Source: Orbicella franksi (taxonomy: Eukaryota). Taken from it: a stretch of 64,000 nt of DNA. Below are positions 23,076-34,474 of the stretch, in pieces. The notes beneath the pieces were generated by a model, which made no database searches, was not told the DNA's origin, and saw nothing but the letters and a program-made list of their open reading frames with translations. The position numbers and the translations under genes are program-made. Every line of letters begins with the position of its first letter. Within the stretch, counting starts at the first letter, position 1. Location: assembly GCA_964199315.1 (NCBI GenBank), contig OZ116706.1:30752001-30816000 (forward strand), given 5' to 3'.

Positions 23076-25491
23076 GTTCAAATACAACACTTTTATCCAT
23101 AATACTAATGTTCAGGACATTGAGGAATATTGCATTTACAAAGGATTCTTCAAATTATTATTATTATTGTGTGTTAAGCCCATGATACATGGAAGTTCAG
23201 AGAGGCATCCCATTATCGGGAAGAACTGTCATGGGGCGGCATGGCCTCAGCTAGCGCAAGTACACTATACTCTATCAACCTCTTACTGCAATCAAGACTG
23301 CGATTAGAAACAGATTTGAGGAAAAAAATTCTTGATTCTAGTTTGGTGAAATAAATAATTATGAAAAAGCATGGCAGAAATTCAGTAGTGCTATAATCAA
23401 ACGATTTATCAGTGTTCCTTAGTCAAGAGCTAGCTTTAGGTTCCAAGTTGCTAGTCTCTAGGTTTGGCTGAAAGAGTTAAATTGTTACAAAATGGTTAGA
23501 GTAATTTTCGAGAATTGAAATCAATAAAACTTTAGTTTTGGGATCTATCTGTGTAGTTCTCAGCCATCACTGTACACATCTATGTAGATGTACAGTCGGG
23601 TCCTGAAATGAGTTAGGAACAGCCACAGGGCGGGATTACAGATAAGCTCCTAACCCTCAAAAATGCCCTGTCAGGCTCGTGGCCCTTTCAGGCTCTCCTG
23701 ACCAAGCTCTGCCAGAAGCATGCCCATTGTAGGACTGCTTTGACAGATCTTGGAGGTGCAAGGGCAAGTTTCAGGGGCCCAAAAACCAGCTTGCTTAGGG
23801 TAGATGGGGCTTGTAGCCTGGGTGGGCAGCCCATCTAAGAGAAGGAAAATGTTGATTCTAAACCCGGATAGATGGCCACCCATTAGCCATAGCTGGCAAC
23901 CATCTAGGGGAAGGAGAACTCTAACAGAAAACCTACTGGCCCTCAAGGTTGGGATTGGGCAGAGCACTAATATCCCCCTCCTGTCAGAAAGCATTTATTA
24001 CAGGAACTGAAACCAGACAAAGTAGTTGAGTGATATTTGTATGGAACTGCTAAGCATAACACTCACTCCTACCAACGAACAACTTGTTTTCAATGCCACT
24101 TGTTTTGGCTTAAGTAAATGTTCAGGCAGGTATTAAGAAGCCTTGTAATCAATTAGGACTCAAAAATATAACCACCACCAACCATTTATTGACTTGATAC
24201 ATTGTGTATATTACAAGAAGTATTAATCTTAAATTACATTAACAAAATCCGACAAAGGCTTTACATGCATTTGTCTCAAAATAATATTAATATGCAACAA
24301 GATGCAGAATATTCTGCAAGTTATAATTACGTACAATTATTACATGGCTTGTTCTTGAAGCTGATATAATGCACAATTTGATTGGATAATTGTAGGGCAT
24401 TATTCTCCCGTAAAGCACATGGGGCCAATCATGGGCTTGCAAAAACAAAGCAAAGAGCCATATAATAAACAACTTATTAACCTCAAACGTTTGGTCTTGA
24501 CTGGAAAATCTCAAACCTCGGCTTTGCCCTATTGACTTCACTATAGCTCGGTCAAGGTCTTGATTTGAGATGATTATTTGAAATTATTATTTGGTTTGAG
24601 ATTTTCCATGAAAACTCCACTCTCAGGTAATAAGTAGTTAGAAGATGCAAAGGTCATTTTGATACTGTTGTGAGGATGAACCATCACTCAGAGTGTAACA
24701 ACTCCAATCAGCCAGCTGACCAATCAGAGTTTTCAAGAGGTTTTTTTTATTATTATTTTAGAACAATAGTTTTTGCTCCTTTGGTTCAGAGTTACTTCAT
24801 TGCTGTTGTAAGTCAAATAACACTTTGGCTGCCACTCAGTTCAGAATTATTTTGCCAGGTTCAGGCTAGCCCTAGACAAAATCAGTTTTGTTGAATGCGT
24901 TCAGACTGCTAATTAAATTTGTCCCCCCATAATTATTGCAGCTGGATTCAGTTTTTTTTATTTATCGGATTCGGAGTAACTGCTGCTCAGGTGTTACAGT
25001 TTTCTTTATTTAATGGTAAACAGTTCAGAATTTGTTTTGTGATAGTTACTTTTGTTGACCAGTTTAGCTAACATTTCTATTATTTTTCCCAAACTCAGTT
25101 CTTGGAATTTCAACTTACAATGCTTTCAGTGCCGTGGAAGAAAACGAAATCCCGATTATCTTGTTTGACGGCATCAGAAAATTTCCCACTGATTGCACCA
25201 GTTATGAGGATGTCCATTTCACAAAGAATTTAGCGTGAAATTCATGGGTCACGAAAAGGGCACTACATGTACCTCCCCTGAGGTCTTAAAATAACATTTA
25301 ACTTATAAAACAGAGATAATTGTAATATGATTAATAGTTGTACATCAATTGATAATTATCTTTACCATTAACAGTTATTTTTAAGGTTCTTTCTTGTACA
25401 TCATGTAAATATGTATTGTAATTATATAATTTTGAGATAACAATGAAATAATTATTTCATGTGTAAAACGTTGTCATTTAAGTCTTGACTT

Positions 25492-28477
25492 TTAAACAAC
25501 TTCCCATGCAAACTTTTCTCTGTCTGGAAGAAGAAAGAAAACACACACAAAGAAAACAGTCAGTCATCAGTCAGAGATATTGATCACGTGGATTTTCATT
25601 ATACAATGAAACTCTTATTAATTGAGACATACCACTGAATGTGGTTGTGCTTTTGCAACTGGTTTTACTACAGCTCAGTAGAATTGCAGTTTCAATAGAG
25701 TGAATCCAAAGACAGAAAGTGACTATGATAAAATTGGGACTGAATAATTGTTATTTGCAAGTTCATTGCCTTTGAAGTACATGTAACTGAAAATGGGGAC
25801 AACGGTTGGCCACAGGATAAACTCCATTACAATATAGGGCAGAGGCTCTGAGACACCACCAGCACATGTAAACAAAAGCTGACCCAAATACACTCACCTC
25901 CCCCCTGGGGATTCAGGCACTGGTCAGAGTCCCTTAGAAGTCTTAATTAACCAACAAACCGGAAAAGTGACAGAATACAGCATACTCAAAAGTAGCCTGA
26001 CATGGGACTAACGTGATTACTAACATTACCCTCTTCTAAATGCTTCAAGATTTAGATTCTTGTGGCTTGTAGTGAGATGAATTCGTATCTTCTTGTGGCT
26101 TCTTGCCCTTACATATTCAACTTCTTGCATTTCCAAAAGTTCTTACGGGTGAACCGCAAAACGCTACATTTTCACTTGCGTGTTCTTCCCCTTGTGTGTT
26201 CCTGCAGCACAAGAAAATTTTCTTGTGCCAGTTCTTGCGTGTGCACTATTTTGGGGCTGTACTGTACAAAAATTGGGATAATTAGCTCCTGAGTTTGATA
26301 TTATCCTTTTTTTTTTTTCTATTTTGCTATTATTTGAAAACTTTAAAAAATGAGGTGCCAAAAATTTAGAGAAGAGAGCTACATGCAGTTAAGTAAGGAA
26401 AATGAAAGCTGTAAAGGGTTGAAATTACCACAGTTTGATAAGTACTCAGCCACTTTCTGTTGACTGTTCGCTTTAGCCATGGTCAGCGCTGTGTTTCCTT
26501 TCTTTGATTTCATTCTGAAGTCTGCGCCTTGCAAAACCAAGTACTTAACGCAGGTCAGATGGCCATTTCTTGCGGCAACATGTAGAGGTGTACAACCTGA
26601 TATGTCAGCAAGCTCAACATCCCCACCATGTTGAATAAGTAACTTTAAGACCTCCAGGTGCCCATTAGCAGATGCCTTGTGAACAGCAGTGGAGCCAGAT
26701 TCGTCAAACTCTTTTGGACTCTAAAACAGAAGTAAACTTCAAACTAAAAAGACAAGGTTACCCTGTTATATATTAAGTTAGACCAAGGTGGTTGTGTGAA
26801 ACCATAAAAATGAGTCAAAAACTCTAGCCTGTTTCAGGGAATTATCAGATTGCTGAGATGCCGACCTAAAAAAGTCGAAATACAAGAGATCACCAAATTT
26901 TACCTTTTTGGTGTAAAAAAAGTTGTTCAGAGTATAGCACCACCAATTCAACAACAAAAATGTATCATATACCCAAACAAAATTCAACAAAAACACCAAG
27001 AGATGGCCAAAATATGTTTCAAAAATGCACTTTGTAAAATGGGTTTTCCTTCATATTGTCCGGGAGATTTGGTGACTCATACGGGAGACCAGGAGATTTG
27101 GTCTGTATCCAGGAGCGTTGGCACACACGAGATTGTAAGTGAGAAAACTACCAAAACACACTTGTAAGAATAGGTACTTTATCTCTCATTCTGCTCTCAT
27201 TTTCTCTTCACTCAATATTTGCATTTTTTTTTACATACATTTACCTTCCCACAAACTGTGTAACTAAAAAGAACACTATTTAAATAACATCTGCCCCCAT
27301 TGGGAACAGAGTTCACAATTGAAAATGTATTTATATTGATATCACTGGCTGGCAAGACTTACATGCACATGTAACTGACACAGTATAAATCGTATGATTT
27401 CAAGTAAGGCTAAATCATTTCTTATGAAATTAAATGCTTAGACGTCACTCATTTAAACTAAGGACTGAGTCATTTAGAAGCCACCAGACAAATGGGAACC
27501 GTACATACATGTCAAATATATAAGCTTACGTGGTTTGGAGTACATTTAACAACAATATAAGTTTAAATATATTTTTTCAGATTTTTCAACAAGTTTACAT
27601 TAATTTATTTCATGATAAATTTTGTGAGCAGTGCTAAATTACAGAGAAATCTAAATCAAGCTTTGCTTAAACGTTAAACGAGTTATGTAGAAGTCTTGTA
27701 TACATGTAGATAGTAAAACCCTCACCTGCCCATTCGCAAGGGCTTGCGAAGTCTCTCGGGTATCGCCCGTAAACGCTAAATGAAATAAAAAATTAAAATT
27801 AAAAAATAACCAAGATGTTTCTCGATCTCATGACCTCTCATGTATACACAATAAATAAATGCATGTAGTTTATTTATTAAATGAAACGTTGCTTGAAGAA
27901 TTGTTCGTGAACAACCGTCCATCTAACTCTTTTATACTGAAACTCGCTCAAAATCGAAGAATATAAGTTTAAATGTTACCTTCGATCGATCAAACTCGAA
28001 GCTTTGTTACCGGTAAACACAAGATTTGTATTTGTTCAAATATTTTTTTAACTCCATGAAAATTGCCGCAGTTACTTCGGTGCTTTCTACATCAGGCCAA
28101 AACACAGTGTAACTGGGTTAGGACGTAATGCAGTTTTCTTCATCACACGACACCTGCCGTGATATCGACATCCATTTTACGCTCGAAATCCAAGTCCAAG
28201 ATTTTCTGGGGAAAGAAATCTTGTCCATGAACTTATGATTAAACATCACACATTTCATTTGACGTACCAGCCTCGTGCAGGTTTGGCACGGTTCGTAAAG
28301 GGACTCCGTTTTTACAGATCATCCTCTGGCACTCTCTGTGTAACTGGAATGCAAATATAAAATATGACCACCAAAACAACACATGTCGCTCAGCTAAATG
28401 TCAATATGTCCGCCATATTGAAATGTAAATAAGATTACCTTCGGCTCCAGTCCTACGCCTGTGACTCCTCTTCTCAT
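25492..28477 (-). CDS. Ankyrin-repeat protein (about 211 aa, 7 exons, about 4 ANK repeats)
   Basis: Phase-consistent GT-AG exons 28439-28477, 28268-28343, 27726-27775, 26429-26720, 26030-26141, 25633-25667, 25492-25523 (636 nt). Reads ...PNLHEAAFTGD...GSTAVHKASANGHLEVLKLLIQHGGDV...GCTPLHVAARNGHLTCVKYLVLQGAD...GNTALTMA. The last three exons are less certain. Confidence 0.8.
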
Positions 28478-28675
28478 CTTGATCCCTTGCAGAACACTAA
28501 ACGGCACAAAACTCTCTAAAAAGCACAACAGCTGCTCACTGGAAACTCTCAAAAATTCTCTAGATTTCGATAAACGTCCGCGCAACTTAAATTCGTACGC
28601 GCAATAAATGTACGCGTAACTTAAAATCAAAATGTTTCCGTGCGCGCGAGGAGCCGTGGACACGCTAAAGCACTT

Positions 28676-28844
28676 TATTATATGGCAAGCTCTGCGAGCG
28701 GGCAAGATGAATCAAATCCTGCGCTGTGATTGGCTACCCGAGCGCGCAAGATGGGGCTATCTTGCCCGCTCGGGACTACCCGCCGTGTCCCGCAAGAAAA
28801 ATTTCCCCGAAAGCCATATAATGTGTCCTTTATTAACCAAGCTT

Positions 28845-28879
<35 letters not shown>

Positions 28880-28965
28880 TTTAAGATAAAGAGAATAAAC
28901 TCGCAAAAAAAGAACTTGGCCAATACCCAGCCATCTTGACCTCACACTTGGTCAATAATCCATAT
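28676..28965. mobile_element. Dispersed repeat (MITE-like), copy 1
   Basis: High similarity to 37065-37380 (gcgggcaagatgaatcaaatcctgcgctgtgattgg...cttgacctcacacttggtcaataa). Confidence 0.7.
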
Positions 28966-29177
28966 ATAAGACGCTCCACGCGCAGAACGGAGACGCCAAC
29001 CTCGCGGTGCAGAAAAACCTTCACGCTTGGCAATCTAGGGTCGGAATCGCGGATGGATTCGCTAACAGATCACACCATAAAACACCCTCTGGGCCCCAGG
29101 GTAACCATAATTTTCATTGCCGTATTGACTCTAGGCTGTTTATATTGCAACAAACTTTGCAAGGGTAGCTTGCTTAA

Positions 29178-29925
29178 GGTGGCCGAACACAGTTTTCGCG
29201 CGCGCACAAGGATTGCAAAGAGCGATCATTTCATTTACTCAACATCCGCTCTATCTGTGCTATTTTTTCTCTATTATTGAACGCAGTGTATTGATGACTT
29301 TAGTCTTTTATTACAAAGATATGTTAGAAAAGGTAACGACGCAAAGAAACCAGCAATTCTCAGCTTTCTCTTTGTTACCGAAAGAACCCAGTTAAATGCA
29401 GGGCATGCGCAGTTGCTCAAAAAATTGAGACCGATTGCTTTTGCAGAAACTTGCGGATTTCTGACAATCCAGTCGTTAGAATTTCAAGAAATTTGGCAAA
29501 AAAAAAAAAAATAGTTCAGAAACCACGTGAATGATCTACCGCAAAAAATCTGAATTTTGACATAGGGAATTTTTAATAATACAGAACATGCGGTGAAAAC
29601 GATTTACGGCGAATTACGAAAATCGCCTATGTCAAAATTTTATTAGAACAGCGTTGACAGAAGGGATTTAATGTCAATTCGTAGTGGGCAAAAGATGAAA
29701 AAAATCTAACGACTGGATTTTTTTTAAGTAAACAAAAACCATTTTTTAAGCCTCGTTTTTAACCAGCCCCGTTGCCATGGCAACAGCACACACCTTAGCC
29801 AAAATGCGAGAATAAACTTTTCTGTGGTTAACCTTGACTCTTGCAAAAAACGAGCGCCAAAGCATAAATAGCTTAAAAGTAATGGTGAATTAAGCATAAG
29901 CTCTTGAAAACTGTGTTCGGCTACC
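29178..29925. mobile_element. TTAA-flanked MITE (Kolobok-like GG..CC termini)
   Basis: TTAA at 29174-77 and 29926-29; TIR GGTGGCCGAACACAGTTTTC versus GGTAGCCGAACACAGTTTTC (19/20). Confidence 0.8.
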
Positions 29926-30329
29926 TTAAACACCTTAGAATCCAAGGTGCGAAAAAAGGAAAAACTTACAGATTTTTTAAAAGTTGAAGCACAGTCACCT
30001 GGAGATGAACAGGGACTCGTGGAACGAGAAGCGGAGAACAGGTTGTTAGAAGGTTGAGCTACATTGCTAACTGGGACGAGCAAAGTATGTATGTATCATG
30101 TATGGCCTAAATCTTGATCTTGGAAGTCTGCAGGAGGACTTGTAATGAAGTTTGGCTGATCTCTGTTTTATTTTTGTGCGATGCAATCAACCTTTACATG
30201 TGAACATTTGAAAGATCATCCTTTCTTGGAGACGTCGCGAGACATATATCTATTCAAGACCTTTTCACCTGAAAACTTGACCCAATAATACCGGTCGTTT
30301 GGTAACCGTGGGCAAAACAGGGTAAAGCT

Positions 30330-30584
30330 GAAGATTACCCCGCTTCTGTGGCACTAGGCGACTAGGAGTATTTCTACTCCACCCTGGATGGGATGCTAGA
30401 TCATCACAGGGTTACCCCCCAGCATCAAATTCGCCGACACCCATTTATACAGCAGGGTAAAGAGAGGCACTGTGAGAGTAAATTGTCTTGCCCAAGAACA
30501 CAAGACAATGTCCCCGGCCAGGACTCGAACCAGGAACGCTCGGTCCGGAGTACAGCGCACTAAGCGTGAGGCCACCGCGCCTCC
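30330..30584 (-). mobile_element. tRNA-derived SINE
   Basis: Minus strand begins GGAGGCGCGGTGGCCTC (A-box-like) with B box GGTTCGAGTCC near 30520-30530; diverged relatives near 31760-31915 and 41850-42000. Confidence 0.7.
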
Positions 30585-31202
30585 ACGTCGCAAAGGACAC
30601 CAAACACAAAATTACCATCGCCTTTATTTAAATATTTTTGCATTTGAATCCACAATTAATACATCTAGGACGAACAAGTTTAACATCTTCATTTAACGCC
30701 GTGAACCACAACGGTTTAACCACAAATTAATTGGGTAAATGTAAAAACTTCAACTTACTTAGCCGGACTCGAGTGGCACTTTGTGCCAGTCTCTAATTTG
30801 TTCAAGCTCATTCATAACATGATTAGCAAACATCTTACATCATACTCTTATAATTTTTTTGCTTTTCGATTCGTTAACTAAATAATTTTCATCTCTTTCT
30901 TATTTAACTTTATGTAAAAAGGTATTTCTTCTAGCAAACAAATTAGCTTTCTTTATCTCTTCAATGTAATGGAATTACGATAATACATTCATGTCTGTTA
31001 CGAATTTCTGTATAGATATTTTTAAGCATTCTAATAAAAGAAATAAATGACGGCACCACCAAAACATCCACAGGAGATAAGACGGTACCCTCCAAAAACT
31101 ACTTGCTTAATTTACTGTTGAACCCCTTAAAAAGCGGGCACTTCAATCGTGTTTGAATTGACAGCGCGTTCAAGCTGTGCTTTCCAGGTTGTCTACATTG
31201 TT

Positions 31203-34200
31203 TCACTGTTCAAGCCGAACATTTCCTGGCATTCCAACTTGTCGTGGTCTTTTGAATTCTCTTCTGACGCTGGCCGGGATGAAACTGGGCAGAGGTGAGA
31301 GGGCAGGTGGCTCAGCGATGCTGTCCAATAACTTCCGTTTTGACTGCCTCGACGTCGTGCGTGCACCGGCAGTAGGCGTGACCGGATTATTAGGGTCCTC
31401 AATGTTGGAGACATTCAATTTGCGTGACAGCGCGTGCTCGTCACATGACGTTGATTGACCGAATCCAGCTAAGCGATGTTCTTGGCCGCTGAGAATTGGG
31501 CTGCCGTTTTCCTGGAAAAGAGACAGTATGGTGGAATAATAAATAATTATCTAAGATCGTGTTCTACTGGGAATATTTGAGTTGTTGCTTTCCCGTGTCA
31601 ATTAAGAAGGAAACCGTTTTCGGTTGGTTTTGGTAATCAACTTTTCAGCTGGGATCAAAACTTAGCATGGTTTTAACCGATAGCACCACATTACAAACTC
31701 AAAAGGTGACAAAGGACATTGTTCCACACTGCCAGACCTTATCCCGGTATGTTTGTACTTCCCCTCGATGGGCTGCTAGTACATCGCAGGGTTACCCCCA
31801 CTGGCCCAGCATCAGTGGTACCCATTTATACACTAGATTGGAAAGATGGACTGTTAGGGTAGAGTGACACATCAAAGAACATAGCAACAAGACCCCAACC
31901 TAAACAGAGTTCTTCACAATAAACAGACACACTTGAAACTTTCATGAAATCAAAGTTTTCACCTTTGGCATAAAGAGTTTTGTGAGCCTCGCAAGACGAA
32001 ATGATCAACGTTAGAAGAAAAAAAAAACTAAGTAAATTGTGAGGGGAAATCACATACGAAGACAACGCATCATAAACACAATCGTAGTTTTAACAAGGCT
32101 GCTACATACTCTGTCTGTGGATTCCACTGTAACCGTTACATCCATACACTTCTTTCTCAGAGCAGAATTGTAATTTTGCCGTCCGTACGTAGGTACAGTG
32201 TTGACTTTCACGTCCACTGAAGGAGACGCTCGATTCGGGCGAAGCATGGTAGTCAAAGTCTGCTGAATGTGACACATGAAAAGGTTCATATCCTGCAAAA
32301 AATAACAATAATAATATAAATATCAGATTTTATTAATTATGAGTGTCCATGTAGTACTATGCACCCTCCAAGATGTTTCGAACAAAGCAGTTACTTCGCC
32401 AACCATTCAGAATTTCAGGCAAAACAGGGAAAATTAGACAAATCACGACCAAATGTGCGCAAAGAGAGGCACAGTACATACCGGTATACTTTGGTGCAGA
32501 TTGTGCAAGGCAGTCCGTAGATGTGGTTCGCGAGGCTTTAGGGTCAGCGTTGACAGTTCAGTGAAGGTCAGGGAGGGGCACTGGATCCGGTCATCTGGTC
32601 GAACTGTTAAGTTGGTACAGCAAATGAAGCTACAAGGCTTGATCAGATCTTCTACAGCCACCGCCTGTGTTAAAGACGGCAAGAGTTAAACTTTTCACGA
32701 AAATTAGGAGGTTAAACCATAATACAGATGTAAATTGCTACAATAAAATAATAATAATAATAACAAAAAAAGAACACAGAAAACCTTCAATCCTCCCCAG
32801 AACTTTATCGCCACTAAGTTGCTGTCCTCGTCTGACAGATAAACGGTCTGCATGCTGGAACTAAAAACAAATGACAGTGTACAACAAAATAAAGCCTTCT
32901 TGTACAGAATGATACGACTTGACATGGCAATTTCTGGCTCTCTGAAATCTTCGTAAGGTTACAGAACCAACATAAGAGTCGAAGTGATTGAAATGGGACT
33001 AACTACGCGTAGTACCATCAGGGTGGAGAAGGGTGCAAATGAATTATCACCTAGACTTGATTTCACCAGAGGCACTGTTCATGCGGCTGCGTGTTGCATC
33101 GAGCCACCAAACAATACTTCAAATTCATTTCACCGTTTTATCAACTTTTGTAACCTTCTAAACTTCTAACGCCCCAAGTAAATTCCCAAACGGGTCAGGC
33201 AATCGATTTTTATCACATCCAAAAGCTGGAACCTTCTCTGACATTCAGGACCAATCAGATGACGAGTGTGGTTAACGACGGTGAAGCATTGGAAATGGAA
33301 TTGAATATGAACAAGCTTCCTAAAAGCGCCACGCTTAAGTTCAATCAAGCAACACTATTGTTAAAAAAGTATGGGTACCTGGGGCTGGAGAAGGTAGATA
33401 CAGGACTGCAAAATACCACCACTCCAACTACATCGACTTCTGAAAACGACTGCAACGAACCACATCGCAACTCATCAAAAGAACCGGCCTGAGAAAGGAG
33501 AACAGTTACATATCAACACACAGACTGTCATTCAAAACACTCAACTTCGTACTAAATGGACGATTCGATTGAGGCCTTGTATTGTTTTTACATGTTTTTG
33601 CATGGATCAATTGGGCTCTCGAAAAAAAGATGAGAAATCACAAAACAGGGGGGTTAAAAACGTGGGAATTTTTTTTATCATTCCAATTGACTCCTAGCTT
33701 CCATAAGTGAACACTGATTCAGAAAGTAAATAACCTACACTGAGATTTAGATTTCTGTAAAGAGGGACTTGCGCTTGAATGCCAGTTGTTTAGATTTAAG
33801 GTATCAAGTACCGTTAGTCCGTGTCGTTATTTATAAAGTTTACTCCGATAGCATACCTGTCGAGGCATGTAAACCACTCTTTTGACATCTGGGTCACTGG
33901 GCAGCTCTTCGTATCTTGTCGTTCGTGTTGCTGAAAGCTTTTGTTAGTAAAACGGAGAATAAGTGTTGGTCTAAAACAGCGCCAACTTTGTACGGGGCTC
34001 AGTGGAGTGAAAGCGACACATGGCACCAAACGATATTGAAACATGCAGCAAAATTACAGATTACTCATTAGATAGAACGATATATAATAAGACCCAGGCA
34101 ATCTCGTGTTTTTAATGTTCTGCTGTGCACTTGCCTGTAGTTCAGAGGCACCTGGTCGGTTCCTGAAGAAACAAAAATGAACACTTTATGAGAGCACGAT

Positions 34201-34291
34201 TGACAGACTAGGACGCACTTTACAAATAATGAATAACAAAGTGACGTTTTTCGTAATGTTGGAGAAATCCGCGCCAACAAACAAACAAAAT

Positions 34292-34322
<31 letters not shown>

Positions 34323-34443
34323 TCCAATTTAAGCAATTGGAAAGAAGAAGCCTGAAAAAAATCAGGGCTTCAACGGGATCCCGTTGAAGCCCTGATTTTT
34401 TTTTTTTTTTCCAGGCTTCTTCTTTCCAATTGCTTAAATTGGA

Positions 34444-34474
<31 letters not shown>

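Noticed and set aside
23671-24010. Paired ORFs downstream of ALG11
   Set aside because: No motifs; probably a repeat or 3' flank.
25113-25223. Short minus-strand ORF MDILITGAISGK... ending at gtaagt
   Set aside because: No downstream exon or homology was found; it could be ankyrin-gene 3' UTR or noise.
28632-28945. Overlapping ORFs on both strands, repeated at 37068-37372
   Set aside because: They are translations of a dispersed non-coding repeat.
30510-30584. tRNA-like A/B boxes
   Set aside because: No full cloverleaf; it is the head of a SINE.
33814-34044. Track ORF MFQYRLV... as a BRCA2 exon
   Set aside because: Wrong frame; the BRCA2-like frame is [13 protein letters not shown] at 33857-33937.
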